64,000 nt of DNA. Source: Candidatus Cloacimonadales bacterium (lineage in GTDB: Bacteria; Cloacimonadota; Cloacimonadia; Cloacimonadales; DAONDQ01). This document shows positions 9,578 to 20,600 of this stretch, piece after piece. The DNA lies in the NCBI GenBank assembly GCA_963662275.1, contig OY759316.1:2368001-2432000 (forward strand), in the 5' to 3' direction. Under the pieces are notes generated by a model. The model made no database searches. It saw nothing but the letters and a program-made list of their open reading frames with translations, and was not told the DNA's origin. Made by a program: the position numbers and the translations under genes. The stretch's first letter is position 1. Every line of letters starts with the position of its first letter.

Positions 9578-12187
9578 ATGGATGAGTTATCATTTTTTCA
9601 ACATGGTAGTAAATGGATTAGAGCTGATTTCCATCTGCACACAAAGCGTGATCGTGAATTCATTTACGCAGGCGACGATAATGATTTTATAAAAGACTAC
9701 ATCTCTGCGCTAAAAACTGCCAACATCCGTGTTGGCATTATTACAAATCATAATAAATTCGACAGAGAGGAATTTAAAAACCTGAGGAAAGCAGCAAAAA
9801 AGGAAAACATCTATCTTTTACCGGGAGTTGAGTTATCTATTAAGGATGGAGCAAATGGAATTCACACTTTGATAGTATTCCAAGAAGATTGGATAGATAA
9901 CCAAGCCAATAAAGACCACATCAATAGCTTTATTGAGCTTACATTCGCAGGTCAAACAAACTATGATAACAGCAATTCTCGATCAAACCATGATATTATT
10001 GATACAATTAGAGAATTGGATAAATTTCAAAAAGAATATTTTATGATTTTCGCTCATGTAGAAAATACGAGTGGATTATGGCATGAGCTTAAGGACGGGC
10101 GAATTACTGAGCTAGGCAAGAAAGAGGAATTCCGTTGTAGAACAGCAGCATTCCAGAAAGTAAAACCTAGTGAAACCAAAGAAAAAGTGATAGCTTGGCT
10201 AGAAGGGTGGTACCCATCTGAAGTTGAAGGTTCTGATCCAAAATCAATTGAACAGGTTGGAAAAGGTGAGAAATCTTATATCAAGATCGGAGCTTTCACA
10301 TTTGAAGCTATCCAATTCGCATTAAAACCAAAAGCTGAAAGATTGTTAAAAAGTGAAATACAGAAACTAAAACACACTTGGATTAGATCTATTAGTTTCG
10401 ACGGTGGGATTTTTGATAAAACTCGCATTGATTTTTCTGAAGAAATGAATTGTTTAATTGGTATAAGAGGAAGTGGCAAATCAGCATTGTTAGAATGTCT
10501 TCGTTATGCACTTAAATTACCATTACCTTCTAATACCGAAGATTATAGATATAAGGTAGATTTAGTTGATTTCGCCCTCGAAAGTGGCGGCAAGATAGTT
10601 GTTGAAATCGAAGATGCTTCAGGTAATATTTATGAAATCAGACGTATTTTAAATCATAATTCAGATGTCTATTTTAATGATGTATTGCAACCAGGCATAA
10701 GTATTCCACTTAAAGATCCATTATTTTTTGGGCAAAAAGAACTAGTTAAAAGAGGTGAAGGATCTGAACGGGAATTGGTTTCCAGACTCATGGGAACAAA
10801 GCTCGATAATGTGCGAAAAGAAATTCGAATGCAGCATCAGAAAGTGCTTGATGTATTGAATAGTTTAGACAAATTTCAGAGCTTGGATGAATTGGAACAA
10901 GAATATTTAAATAAGAAAAGAACCACTGAATTTAAATTAGATCTATTTAAGAAATATGGGATCGAAAAACAACTTAACCGTCAGGTTGTATTCAATGCAG
11001 ATGTAACGAACTCTCAAAGAGTTGTAACCGCTATCGACACTTTCATAAATTCTTTTGATCTTTTTTTAAATGAACAATCATCTGAACTTGCCTCATTAGC
11101 CAAACTTGAATCAGAGGAAAATGCTGATACAATGCTTAGTATAAACGCCCTTATGGAGAAAATACGTAAGGTACCTGATGCCATAATGAAATTCCTTAAT
11201 GACACTCGCCAGTGTTCAACAGAACTTCATGAGAAGTTATCAGACTTAGAACAACGGCGTGATCTTCTCAAAGAAGAATTCGCTTCCATTGAAAGGACTT
11301 TAAATGAACAACTTCAAAGTTCGGGAGAAAAAGGCATTCGACCTGATGATTTTGTGAAGCTGAATACTGAATTACAGAATGCAAAATTAGCTCTTGAAGA
11401 AATTGCAAAAAACAGAGTTCGTAAGAATAACATTCAAGATGAATTACGTAAGGAACTTAGAAGTCTATCAAATTTATGGCATACAGAATACAAAATGATC
11501 GAAGCCGAAATTCTGAAACTTAATGATAGTCAAAAAGCTTTAAAAATTATTCCAATTTTCAAAGGAGATAAAGAAATTTTTAAAAACGAAATGATTACCC
11601 AGTTTAGAGGGAGCCATCTCAGAGAAAGCACGCATAAAAATATTTCAGAAAAATATGCGGATTTCATTTCAATTTTCGATTCATTAGATTCGGTTTGCAG
11701 CGAATTGGGGGAATCAGGAGATGTATTCCGTAAGTATTTTACCGACAATAGAGCTACTCTATTAACTTGGCAGGTACCAAACTCATTTCATATTAAGTAC
11801 CATGGAAAGGAATTAAGTGAACATTCTCTAGGTCAAAGAGCATCTGCATTAATACTTTTCATACTCAGCCAAAGCGACAACGATGTTATTGTGATTGATC
11901 AACCTGAAGATGATTTAGATAATCAGACGATTTTTGAAGATGTTATCAAGCAAGTTAGAGCTGTAAAACAGAATATTCAATTTATTTTTGCTACACACAA
12001 TGCGAATTTCCCGGTTTTAGGTGATACTGAACAAGTCGGAGCATGTTCTTTTGTTGATAGTAACACTGTGCTAAAAGTCGGAAGTATTGATGATCCTACT
12101 ATTCAGAAAGCAATAGTATCAATTATGGAAGGTGGACATGAAGCTTTCACACGCAGAAAGGAGATTTACCAGCAATGGAAGCAATAG
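9578..12187 (+). CDS. PHP phosphoesterase fused to an SMC/ABC-type ATPase (Ppl/TrlF-like), candidate anti-phage protein
   Basis: PHP motifs ADFHLHT, ITNHN, GVELS, AHV, GSD; Walker A GIRGSGKS; long coiled coil; signature SLGQR; Walker B IDQPEDDLD; H-loop ATHN. Confidence 0.85.
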   Translation: MDELSFFQHGSKWIRADFHLHTKRDREFIYAGDDNDFIKDYISALKTANIRVGIITNHNKFDREEFKNLRKAAKKENIYLLPGVELSIKDGANGIHTLIVFQEDWIDNQANKDHINSFIELTFAGQTNYDNSNSRSNHDIIDTIRELDKFQKEYFMIFAHVENTSGLWHELKDGRITELGKKEEFRCRTAAFQKVKPSETKEKVIAWLEGWYPSEVEGSDPKSIEQVGKGEKSYIKIGAFTFEAIQFALKPKAERLLKSEIQKLKHTWIRSISFDGGIFDKTRIDFSEEMNCLIGIRGSGKSALLECLRYALKLPLPSNTEDYRYKVDLVDFALESGGKIVVEIEDASGNIYEIRRILNHNSDVYFNDVLQPGISIPLKDPLFFGQKELVKRGEGSERELVSRLMGTKLDNVRKEIRMQHQKVLDVLNSLDKFQSLDELEQEYLNKKRTTEFKLDLFKKYGIEKQLNRQVVFNADVTNSQRVVTAIDTFINSFDLFLNEQSSELASLAKLESEENADTMLSINALMEKIRKVPDAIMKFLNDTRQCSTELHEKLSDLEQRRDLLKEEFASIERTLNEQLQSSGEKGIRPDDFVKLNTELQNAKLALEEIAKNRVRKNNIQDELRKELRSLSNLWHTEYKMIEAEILKLNDSQKALKIIPIFKGDKEIFKNEMITQFRGSHLRESTHKNISEKYADFISIFDSLDSVCSELGESGDVFRKYFTDNRATLLTWQVPNSFHIKYHGKELSEHSLGQRASALILFILSQSDNDVIVIDQPEDDLDNQTIFEDVIKQVRAVKQNIQFIFATHNANFPVLGDTEQVGACSFVDSNTVLKVGSIDDPTIQKAIVSIMEGGHEAFTRRKEIYQQWKQ

Positions 12188-13356
12188 AACTCATTGAAAT
12201 AGTAACATGCGGTGAAGATACAAGAACCCAATTCAAACAAAGCCAGGATATCACAAATGCAAAATCATTGGCTGGAGAAATGGTAGCATTTTCAAATAGC
12301 AAAGGTGGAAGAATATTAATCGGTGTAGATGACAACAGCTCAGTTGTTGGATTAGCACCTATAGATATTCGTAGGTTGAATCAATTAATATCAAATACTG
12401 CAACGAATAATGTACGCCCACCAATAAATCCAGAGACTGAAAATATCACAATTGGTGATAAGTTAGTAATGGTTGTTTCAATATCTGAGGGAATTTCAAA
12501 ACCCTACTCAGATAACGAAGGAACGACATGGGTTAAATCAGGGTCTGATAAAAGAAGAGTTACTTCTCGGGAAGAATTACAAAGAATGTTTCAAAGCTCT
12601 CATCTCATTCAAGCTGATGAAATACCTGTTGAAGGTACAAGTTTAACAGATATAGATATCGACCATTTTAAGAATTATTTTGAGAGGCAGTATGGTACTT
12701 CTCTAGAAGAAGCACTAGGAAAGGATAATATTACTCTAGATAATCTATTTCAAAACATGGGACTTGCTCAAGATTCTAGAATTTGTCTAGCTGGTTTAAT
12801 GATATTTGGAATAAATCCACAACGATATCGTCCTGCTTTTATCGTTAAGGCTGTCTCTTTTATTGGTAATGATGCTACTGGAGATAAATATAGAGATAGT
12901 CAAGATATTACAGGTTGTATTCGTGAACTTCATCAAGAATCAATGTCTTTTTTGACTCGTAATCTCAGAAGAATACAGGGAGAAAAGAATTTTAATTCTG
13001 AAGGTGATCTCGAAATACCTATTTCTGCACTGGAAGAACTTATTGCCAATATGTTACTTCATAGAGATTATTTTATTTCAGCACCATGGCGCATCATGAT
13101 ATTCGAAAATAGAATTGAAATAATAAGTCCCGGTGCTTTGCCTAACAATCTTACAATTGAGAATATCCGCAACGGTGTCTCAAATTTTAGAAACTCTCGA
13201 ATGGTTAATTTTGCAACAAATGGAAATGAGCTTCCATTCAGAGGTATCGGTACAGGAATAAGACGGGCTTTAGCTGCTGTTCCGAATATTGAGTTTGAAT
13301 CTGACCAAGATCGTAATTTGTTTATCGTACGCATTCCTCGAAATCAGAACATTTAG
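12175..13356 (+). CDS. Schlafen/AlbA_2 domain protein with RecG-C-like (HATPase_c_4) domain
   Basis: GEDTRTQFK, VAFSNSKGGRILIGVDD; C-terminal EELIANMLLHRDY, RIEIISPGAL, RN, GTGI. Overlaps the upstream gene by 13 bp. Confidence 0.85.
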   Translation: MEAIELIEIVTCGEDTRTQFKQSQDITNAKSLAGEMVAFSNSKGGRILIGVDDNSSVVGLAPIDIRRLNQLISNTATNNVRPPINPETENITIGDKLVMVVSISEGISKPYSDNEGTTWVKSGSDKRRVTSREELQRMFQSSHLIQADEIPVEGTSLTDIDIDHFKNYFERQYGTSLEEALGKDNITLDNLFQNMGLAQDSRICLAGLMIFGINPQRYRPAFIVKAVSFIGNDATGDKYRDSQDITGCIRELHQESMSFLTRNLRRIQGEKNFNSEGDLEIPISALEELIANMLLHRDYFISAPWRIMIFENRIEIISPGALPNNLTIENIRNGVSNFRNSRMVNFATNGNELPFRGIGTGIRRALAAVPNIEFESDQDRNLFIVRIPRNQNI

Positions 13357-13495
13357 ATTTCTTATTAATTATATAGTCATTTGTTCCAATGTGATTAGCT
13401 ATAGCATATTAATGAGTCAGGGTTATCGCATCGGATAAATCCAAACTATCCACCTCATAAAATGAGGCGTTGCATTATTGTTGACATCCTCCCCC

Positions 13496-15148
13496 TTATT
13501 TAATTAAAAGTACTTTTCTCGTTATGGTCTTTGCATTTCCAACCTTAGCTGCCAATAAGTATATCCCGGTAGGTAAAGCATCAAGATCTACATCAAAAAC
13601 TGAGTCATGTCCTTTGATTACTGACCTGGTATCTTCACTGACTTTTTCACCTTTTATGCTGTATAATTGAAGGATTACTTTATCAGATCCCGGATTGTGA
13701 AGCAGTCCTTTTAACGTTCCACGACACGGATTGGGATAAAGATCAATTTGGTTGAGCAACTGAACACCTGCTACTTCATCATCATTTGCAATTGCACCAT
13801 CCTGGGTTACGGTGCAAATTGCAGTCAACGTCCCAGCAGTAATTGTGATATCGGCAGTTCGCGGTGTTGATGAAGTATTTAGTATACTTGATACGGAAAA
13901 TTGTCCATTACCTGTCCCTGTTAATGGAACGCAGGTTAACCAACTTGCATCCTCAGTAACAGTCCAGGCGATATTTGAAGTAACATGAATAACAAAACTT
14001 CCTGCAAAGGAACCTAAGCTTTGGATCGAGGGTGTAATAGAAAGCTGTGGTTCAGCCGGAGTTAGGTCAACAGTCAAAGTATAAAATGAGTTGGTTGGAT
14101 TTGTTGTTCCATAAGCGTTTTGAACACAGATGATATATTTTCCATCAATATAACCCGCATTTTGGACAATATCTGCATTGATTACTTCTGTTGTAGTTTC
14201 CGGATTCATAGACAAATGATTTGGTGAACCATACATATCTCCCTGGCAGTATAAATATAGATCATGATTTTGTGGCAGGTCGCTTAACGTAATCGTTGCG
14301 TGTGTGACTTCAAAGGGTACATCAAAAGCATAAAAATCTAAATCAATTGTTTCATTATTACAATCATATGCGATACTTGCATCTGATATTGTATGATGAT
14401 AAGGCTCACCAATCGTCGGATTTAAATCAGAGTAAGTAGACAGGCTTCCATTAGGCTCATATCTGTCCCATGTCCAGAATGAGTTAGTTCCAGACCAGCC
14501 TGATGAACCGGTAGCTGAATTTGCCTTCACACGCCAATAATACTGACTATGTGGATCCATATCCAGGTTATTGGCATAACAGCTTACATCAGTAATATTG
14601 GCTGAAACAGGATTTGTGAAATCAATATTATCTGCTAATTGAATATCGTAACTTGTTGCTCCACTAACGCTATTCCAAGAAAAAACAATGGGGTAGTTCG
14701 CTATAGCAGTGGAAAGACCTGGTGCATTATTTGCAGGAAGAAGAAGTGTAGGTGCTTGTAGTGATGTCGATTGTGTCACTATACACAAAGCTTGTTCATC
14801 ACCACTCCCACTGAATGTAATTGTACCTATTCTTGTTGAAAGAGTTGAATTCTGCTCATATGAAACTTGCACAGTACCATTATTCGATCCTGAATGGGGT
14901 GTATATGTAATCCATGAAGCGTCATCATTCACAGACCAACTGCCATCTGACGAAACGGTGATATCGAAGGTTCCAGCGGTATAAAGCACTGATTGATTCT
15001 CAGGTGTTATTGATAAAGATCGATTTGAATAAGTAATTTGATTCAATGTCGTACTAGCACTAAAAACACTTGCGGTAAAAATAATACTCCAACATGTTGC
15101 TGTAATGAATAGAAAAAACAGGATTAGGAAAATTAACTGTGTTTTCAT
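13496..15148 (-). CDS. Secreted protein with two BACON-like domains, an Fn3-like domain and a T9SS-like C-terminal domain
   Basis: GGAGG RBS; signal peptide; two WxVxxDASW(I/L)T...R domains; WNSVSGATSY...YYWRV; tail LYPNP...GIYL...KVLLIK. Confidence 0.8.
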   Translation of the reverse strand: MKTQLIFLILFFLFITATCWSIIFTASVFSASTTLNQITYSNRSLSITPENQSVLYTAGTFDITVSSDGSWSVNDDASWITYTPHSGSNNGTVQVSYEQNSTLSTRIGTITFSGSGDEQALCIVTQSTSLQAPTLLLPANNAPGLSTAIANYPIVFSWNSVSGATSYDIQLADNIDFTNPVSANITDVSCYANNLDMDPHSQYYWRVKANSATGSSGWSGTNSFWTWDRYEPNGSLSTYSDLNPTIGEPYHHTISDASIAYDCNNETIDLDFYAFDVPFEVTHATITLSDLPQNHDLYLYCQGDMYGSPNHLSMNPETTTEVINADIVQNAGYIDGKYIICVQNAYGTTNPTNSFYTLTVDLTPAEPQLSITPSIQSLGSFAGSFVIHVTSNIAWTVTEDASWLTCVPLTGTGNGQFSVSSILNTSSTPRTADITITAGTLTAICTVTQDGAIANDDEVAGVQLLNQIDLYPNPCRGTLKGLLHNPGSDKVILQLYSIKGEKVSEDTRSVIKGHDSVFDVDLDALPTGIYLLAAKVGNAKTITRKVLLIK

Positions 15149-15324
15149 AAGAACCTCCATCTAAAAAATACTCGTTAAATACAATTCTATCTATTTCCAA
15201 AGAAAATCAAAAACCTAATTCAACTATATTCAACTCATCGATGACTTGATAGTCACTAAATAGATTCACTTATTTTTAGTTACATTTTAGGGTAAGTATA
15301 TTGTTAAATATTGTCAAGCCATAT

Positions 15325-16017
15325 TTAATTATTAATTTCCCAATTAATGGGAATAGCATACTCAATCGGGTCCTGTGTTCCGGTTTTTTTGAAAGCATTA
15401 ATCCGCAATCTGCAACTGTCACACACTCCACATGCTTTATCATTACTTCGATAGCAACTCCAGCTTAGGTGGAAAGGAGCATTGAGTTCATTTCCCAGTT
15501 TCACGATTTCAGCTTTTGATTTATGGATAACGGGAGTAATAATTTTAATTAATGTTTCAGGTTTAGTTCCAAAAGATATCAGATGATTAAAAGCTTGAAT
15601 AAAATCTTCCCTGCAATCCGGATAACCTGAACTGTCTTCTTCTACAACTCCGATATAGATACGTGTAGCTCCCACAACCTCTGCCCAGGAAACGGCAACA
15701 CAGAGAAGATGAGCATTACGAAATGGAACATAAGTACTTGGAATATTATTATGAATACCGGAAGTTGAAATTTGCATGTTCAAATCAACCAGGCTAGAAC
15801 CACCAATATCTTTCAAATAGGATAAGTCAGCTATTAGAGTATCCTTTGGTCGATAATGATCTATCAATGCTTGAAAAGATTCCAGTTCACGATCTTCAGT
15901 AAGTTGTCCATAATTCATATGAAGAAAGAATAATTCATGATTTTCATTAGCTGCAATTGAGACTGTCACCAGACTATCCATTCCACCACTGACGAGTACG
16001 ATAGCTTTTTGATTCAT
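15325..16017 (-). CDS. queC: 7-cyano-7-deazaguanine (preQ0) synthase
   Basis: SGGMDS, YGQ, TYVPFRN, YPDCR and the SWSCY...CGVCDSC zinc site. Confidence 0.95.
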   Translation of the reverse strand: MNQKAIVLVSGGMDSLVTVSIAANENHELFFLHMNYGQLTEDRELESFQALIDHYRPKDTLIADLSYLKDIGGSSLVDLNMQISTSGIHNNIPSTYVPFRNAHLLCVAVSWAEVVGATRIYIGVVEEDSSGYPDCREDFIQAFNHLISFGTKPETLIKIITPVIHKSKAEIVKLGNELNAPFHLSWSCYRSNDKACGVCDSCRLRINAFKKTGTQDPIEYAIPINWEINN

Positions 16018-16102
16018 GTTAATCCTTTTCTAGAGCAGGTCACCGATCCTGCAGAATCCTAATATTCATTATAATTACTTCATGATTCATAGTTTTCAAA
16101 CC

Positions 16103-16300
16103 TTAATCACTTGGTGGTAGCGGTCTTGTTGAAAGAGTATCTATCATTTGACCTGCTTGTTTCTGATGCTTAGCAGAAGAAGTGAAGGCACGAACTATTC
16201 TTGGCAGTCTCGGCGTAATAAATAAGATGAATGCAACCAGGACGATGATAACAATAATCACTTTATATTTACATGTCTTATTGTCATTGTCTTCATACAT
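16103..16300 (-). CDS. Small single-pass membrane protein (65 aa)
   Basis: AGGAG RBS before MYEDND; one hydrophobic helix; sits in an operon-like run. Confidence 0.55.
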   Translation of the reverse strand: MYEDNDNKTCKYKVIIVIIVLVAFILFITPRLPRIVRAFTSSAKHQKQAGQMIDTLSTRPLPPSD

Positions 16301-16311
16301 GTTTACTCCTT

Positions 16312-17214
16312 TTAGCGCCAACCGCTTACATTGTTCTCTCTTTCAATTTCTATTTCGATGGATTCAGGAAGTTTAGAAAAGAAATCGAGTCCAGTTTTCT
16401 TTTCGATGGTATCTATTGAGACAGTATAATCCCAATACGAATTCATGCTTCTTTCATTTGGAATAAGGAAGGAGATAACTTTGAATCCAGGTTGTTTGAA
16501 ATCAAGAATGATTTTAAAGAAAGCATCCGGTATTGCTACTTTGTCCATTCCGATGTAGTTTCTTCCCGCAGGAGGATTATTAAAAACTGGACCAGTGACG
16601 ACATAAACCTGTTGATCTGATATAGCCCAATTTCTTACACAGGATTCCAGTTCTTCCCAGATGCCTTGATTGAATTCTGGCTTTTGAGGTGTCATATTAC
16701 TCATATAGAAAGATTCCTTCATAGCTTGTTCTGACCACTTCATATCAGCAAAAGGAGCCAGGTGCCCCCTATCATAACCCGAAGACTTGTAATCTGCAAG
16801 TGTAGCTGAACCAGTGGATACATAAGGATCGGGTTTGAAGCTATCTATTCTTTTTCTTTGAGCCTGTACTTCAGCCTTTGTCAGTTCATATGCAACCCAG
16901 TCAGCTTCTTCATTCTGTTCATTATAAGCAAGCGTATATCCAATATGTGTAATGATTTCATCCTGCTTGGGTTGTGAGGGGAGAAGATATTGAGCTAATT
17001 GATTACCATTGTAGGGAATATCATAATTATTAATATCAGGTGAGATATCGGATTTTTGTTTATCCAAAGGAGATGAAATTGAGTCATGAGATACCAGGAT
17101 ACTATCATTTTGAGGAAATCTAAATATGTCGATCGGCAAGTCTTTTTTTGTATAACGTATAAGAAGACTGATAACCAATACAGCCAGGACAAGAATGAAT
17201 ACTGTTTTCTTCAT
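16312..17214 (-). CDS. DNA/RNA non-specific endonuclease (NucA/EndoG family), membrane-anchored or exported
   Basis: YDRGHLAP, SFYMSNMTPQ, FNQGIWEELE, VTGP, IEKKTGLDFF. Confidence 0.93.
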   Translation of the reverse strand: MKKTVFILVLAVLVISLLIRYTKKDLPIDIFRFPQNDSILVSHDSISSPLDKQKSDISPDINNYDIPYNGNQLAQYLLPSQPKQDEIITHIGYTLAYNEQNEEADWVAYELTKAEVQAQRKRIDSFKPDPYVSTGSATLADYKSSGYDRGHLAPFADMKWSEQAMKESFYMSNMTPQKPEFNQGIWEELESCVRNWAISDQQVYVVTGPVFNNPPAGRNYIGMDKVAIPDAFFKIILDFKQPGFKVISFLIPNERSMNSYWDYTVSIDTIEKKTGLDFFSKLPESIEIEIERENNVSGWR

Positions 17215-17229
17215 TAGTTTACTTGATTT

Positions 17230-17448
17230 TTAATCCTTAAGAATTTCTCTTCTTTCTGCCCCCTGTTCGGCTTTATATAGTGAATCTGTTGTAGATTCAG
17301 CAGGTGTGCTTCTGATCAAGGATTTTTCAATTTTACTCAATTGCCGGGGAAGAAAACCTGAGAAATATCCAAATACTACCAGAGCTAGAAGGATTACTAT
17401 CCAGTAACGAAGTAATAAATGACCGAGATTATCCGGTTTGCGATACAT
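17230..17448 (-). CDS. Small single-pass membrane protein (72 aa)
   Basis: AAGGTGG RBS before MYRKPD; one TM helix. The longer ORF-track start falls inside repeats. Confidence 0.55.
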   Translation of the reverse strand: MYRKPDNLGHLLLRYWIVILLALVVFGYFSGFLPRQLSKIEKSLIRSTPAESTTDSLYKAEQGAERREILKD

Positions 17449-17480
17449 GGCAACCACCTTTCGAAGTTCGAAGTACGAAA

Positions 17481-17510
17481 GTATGGGGTCTGCATCAGCA
17501 GACCCCATAC
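17481..17510. terminator. Perfect 13-bp hairpin downstream of the tricorn protease gene (terminator or REP-like)
   Basis: gtatggggtctgc-atca-gcagaccccatac; only a short T tract on the minus strand. Confidence 0.5.
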
Positions 17511-17526
17511 AATAATTTTGATTTCT

Positions 17527-17658
17527 ATTCAGTAAGATCGGCATCTTACTCCACGACCAGATTCAGTAAGATCGGAATCTTACTCCACGACCAGATTCAG
17601 TAAGATCGGCATCTTACTCCACGACCAGATTCAGTAAGATCGGCATCTTACTCCACGA
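17527..17658 (-). repeat. Tandem array of about 3.9 x 34-bp REP-like units
   Basis: Unit attcagtaagatcggcatcttactccacgaccag. On the minus strand it reads GTGG + AGTAAGAT-gccg-ATCTTACT. Linkers are identical, so not CRISPR. Confidence 0.9.
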
Positions 17659-17659
17659 A

Positions 17660-20600
17660 TTATGGTAATTTACGTGAAGGTTTATGACTGAAATCAGGTT
17701 TCATGGGAGGATTCGCTTTCAAATCCTTCATGATTTCCTTGATCGTTACATCTAATTGCGGATCTTTACCTGCAGCATAATCCTGGGGAAGAATATCCAC
17801 AAAAATATCCGGGTCAGTTCCGTAGTTCTCAACCCCCCAGCCCACATCCTTGAACCAGAAGCTCATCTCGGGTTGAGTCGTAATTGTTCCATCGACCAAC
17901 CAATTACGAGGCCATATCCCAATCACACCACCCCAGGTACGTTTTCCAACAAGTTTTCCTAATTTCATGAGCTTAAAGGCATGGCTGAAAATATCACCAT
18001 CGGAACCTGCATGTTCATTAGTCAGCGCAATAATAGGTCCACCTATGGAATCTGATGGATAAGGTTCATGACCAAACCAACGAGTTAAGTCGAATCCAAT
18101 TCTCTTACGTGCCAGTTTTTCCAGAAGTAATTGTGAAACAGAACCACCGCCATTGAATCGCACATCAACGAGAAGTCCATCCCGATCAATTTCCTGGAGG
18201 AAATAGCGATGGAATTCTGAAAATCCCTGTACCCACATATCTGGAATATGGACATAACCAATCTTTCCACCTGTTTTTTCATGAACATATTTGCGATTGG
18301 CATCTACCCAATCACGATAACGCGGCGTCATTTCATTATTCAGTGTTTTAACTCGAATTTCACGAGGGTTCTTGCCGGTTTTATCGGCAACAGTAAGACT
18401 CACTTCCTGCTGGGCAAAGTTAATCAGGATTTTCTCAGGTGGGTTGTCTATATCAACTTTTTCTCCATTAATCGCCAATAACAGCATACCTTCTTCAATA
18501 TGATTTCCCGGTAACATGAATGGAGTAGAGTTTTGCCAAAAATCACCTTTCACAATATGTGTGATTTTATACGCTTTGTGCTTTGAATCAAATTTAAAAT
18601 CTGCTCCAAGGTAGCCGATACCATATCTCGGTTTCTGCTTATAATCACCACCAAATTCATAACAATGTGAGGTGCCTAGTTCCCCTTGCATTTCCCAGAT
18701 AAGATCAGAGAATTCAGTACGTGAACCTAAACGGTCAATGAGAGGATAATAACGATCATGCACTTTCTTCCAGTTGATTCCTGCCATATCTTCAACCCAG
18801 TAATACTCTCTTTGAAGACGCCAGGCTTCTGAATACATCTGCTTCCATTCATTAAGAGGTTCAATACTTAGCTTGATACGATTTAGATCGATCCAGCCAG
18901 TCTTTCGACCAGGTTTATCTTCACAGGCTAATTCCTGTTTGGGATCATGGGCTGCATCGATGATACGTATCCCCTTCTGATAATGAACAGCCATTACATC
19001 GCATGCATCATTCAGGTCATAACTGAGAATATCTTTCAGAAATACTTCTGTTTCCAATGTCTTGAAATTATATGCAATGAGGTTGGCTGTTTCAGGATTA
19101 TCAGAAAAGTCGAAATCAGCCATCGCTTTCAATGCATATTGTGTCCAAAATAAGCGATCCTCTGATGCCTTCAGGTCACCATATAAACCTTCCGGAACAG
19201 GTATCCCCAGCACTCTGTCTTCAATACCTTCAAAGTCAATAATAACAGGTTTAATTACTTCAACTTTAACCTTTGTAGTAGCTTTCCCTTCTTTTTTAGC
19301 AGGTTCAGCAGGTTTTTCAGGAACTTCCTTAAAAGGTTTCAGGGCTGGAAGAAATGGTGATGTAGTATCTTTCTGTAAAGTGATCATATATGGCTTATCA
19401 GATTGTGGAAAGGCGAGTTCAAATTGAATGGAATCAATCATGGGATTGAAAGTACGATTTGACATGAAATACAGATACCTGCCTTTGGGATCGAAGATAG
19501 GGTTATAATCCATTAAAATAGGTTTTGTAACTGTATATATCTTTTTAGTCTCCGTATCATAGATATTGATTTGTGATTGTTTTGAATTGATAGATATGGA
19601 ATACGCAATGTATCTGCCATCAGGTGACCAGCTATATCCCCAGATCATTCCGAACTTGTTCTGATCAACGATCAGCTTCGTTTTCTTTTCCAAATCAATG
19701 AGAAGAAGTTCGTTTCGGTTATTGACAGCAGCCAGGAGTTGCTTGTTTTTAGTGATTTCCATCGAAACAACACGCCCCAAATCGAGATCAGGGAACACAA
19801 TATAGTCATCAGAATTATTCAGGCTATGAATTTCCACATGTTCCACATTCCCTTCATCAGATAAAACGACCACATGCTTCTGATCTTTGAGTAAACGAGA
19901 CAGACGATAACGAATACCTTGCTTCTTACCAACCTGAAGGATATTCCCTTCCCAATTGCCCATCGTAAAAGGTTTTCCTCTACTAGTTAAGAGAATTGAA
20001 CCGCCATCGCTGGAGAGTGTGTATTCTTCCAAGTGTTTGTTGACATCTGCAAATTTACGATTTAACTGAATACGTGGTGAATTTAAGACAATCTCAACTT
20101 TCTTTTCCTTGGCTTTCTCCACATCATAGCAATACAGGTCACCACCTGCATGATAAATTATGCTTTTACCATCTGTGGAAGCATTCCTGGCATAAAAGTT
20201 CTTTTGTGAAGAATGTTTTTGAATGTCTTTCCCATCAGGTTTTGCTGAATAGAGATTACCAATTCCTTCATGATCAGAAAGAAAATAGATTCTGTTACCA
20301 ATCCACATAGGGTTAGTTAGATTGCTCTTCAGATCCAACCATTTATGGAATTGACCCGAATTATTCTCATCAATCAGGATATCTCCAGCAGTACCACCAC
20401 GATATCGTTTCCACCGTGCAAGATCATTTGAATAACGCCCTAGTACCGTTCCTTTTTTTCCGAAAGAAATCTGACTCACCGGACCATAGGAAAGCTTAGT
20501 TGGTTCTCCTCCAGTCACAGGAATCTTGTACAGAAACTGATCACGACCCATTGGCTGTTTAAAGGTTGTAGTATAGATAATTTCATTTCCCTGCCAGGTT

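Noticed and set aside
15325..17214. queC + nuclease as a 7-deazaguanine DNA modification or Qat-type defence system
   Set aside because: QueC has canonical length and motifs, the nuclease has an export/anchor segment, and no dpdA, TatD or ATPase partner is adjacent.
17527..17658. CRISPR mini-array
   Set aside because: Linkers between the palindromes are identical and short.
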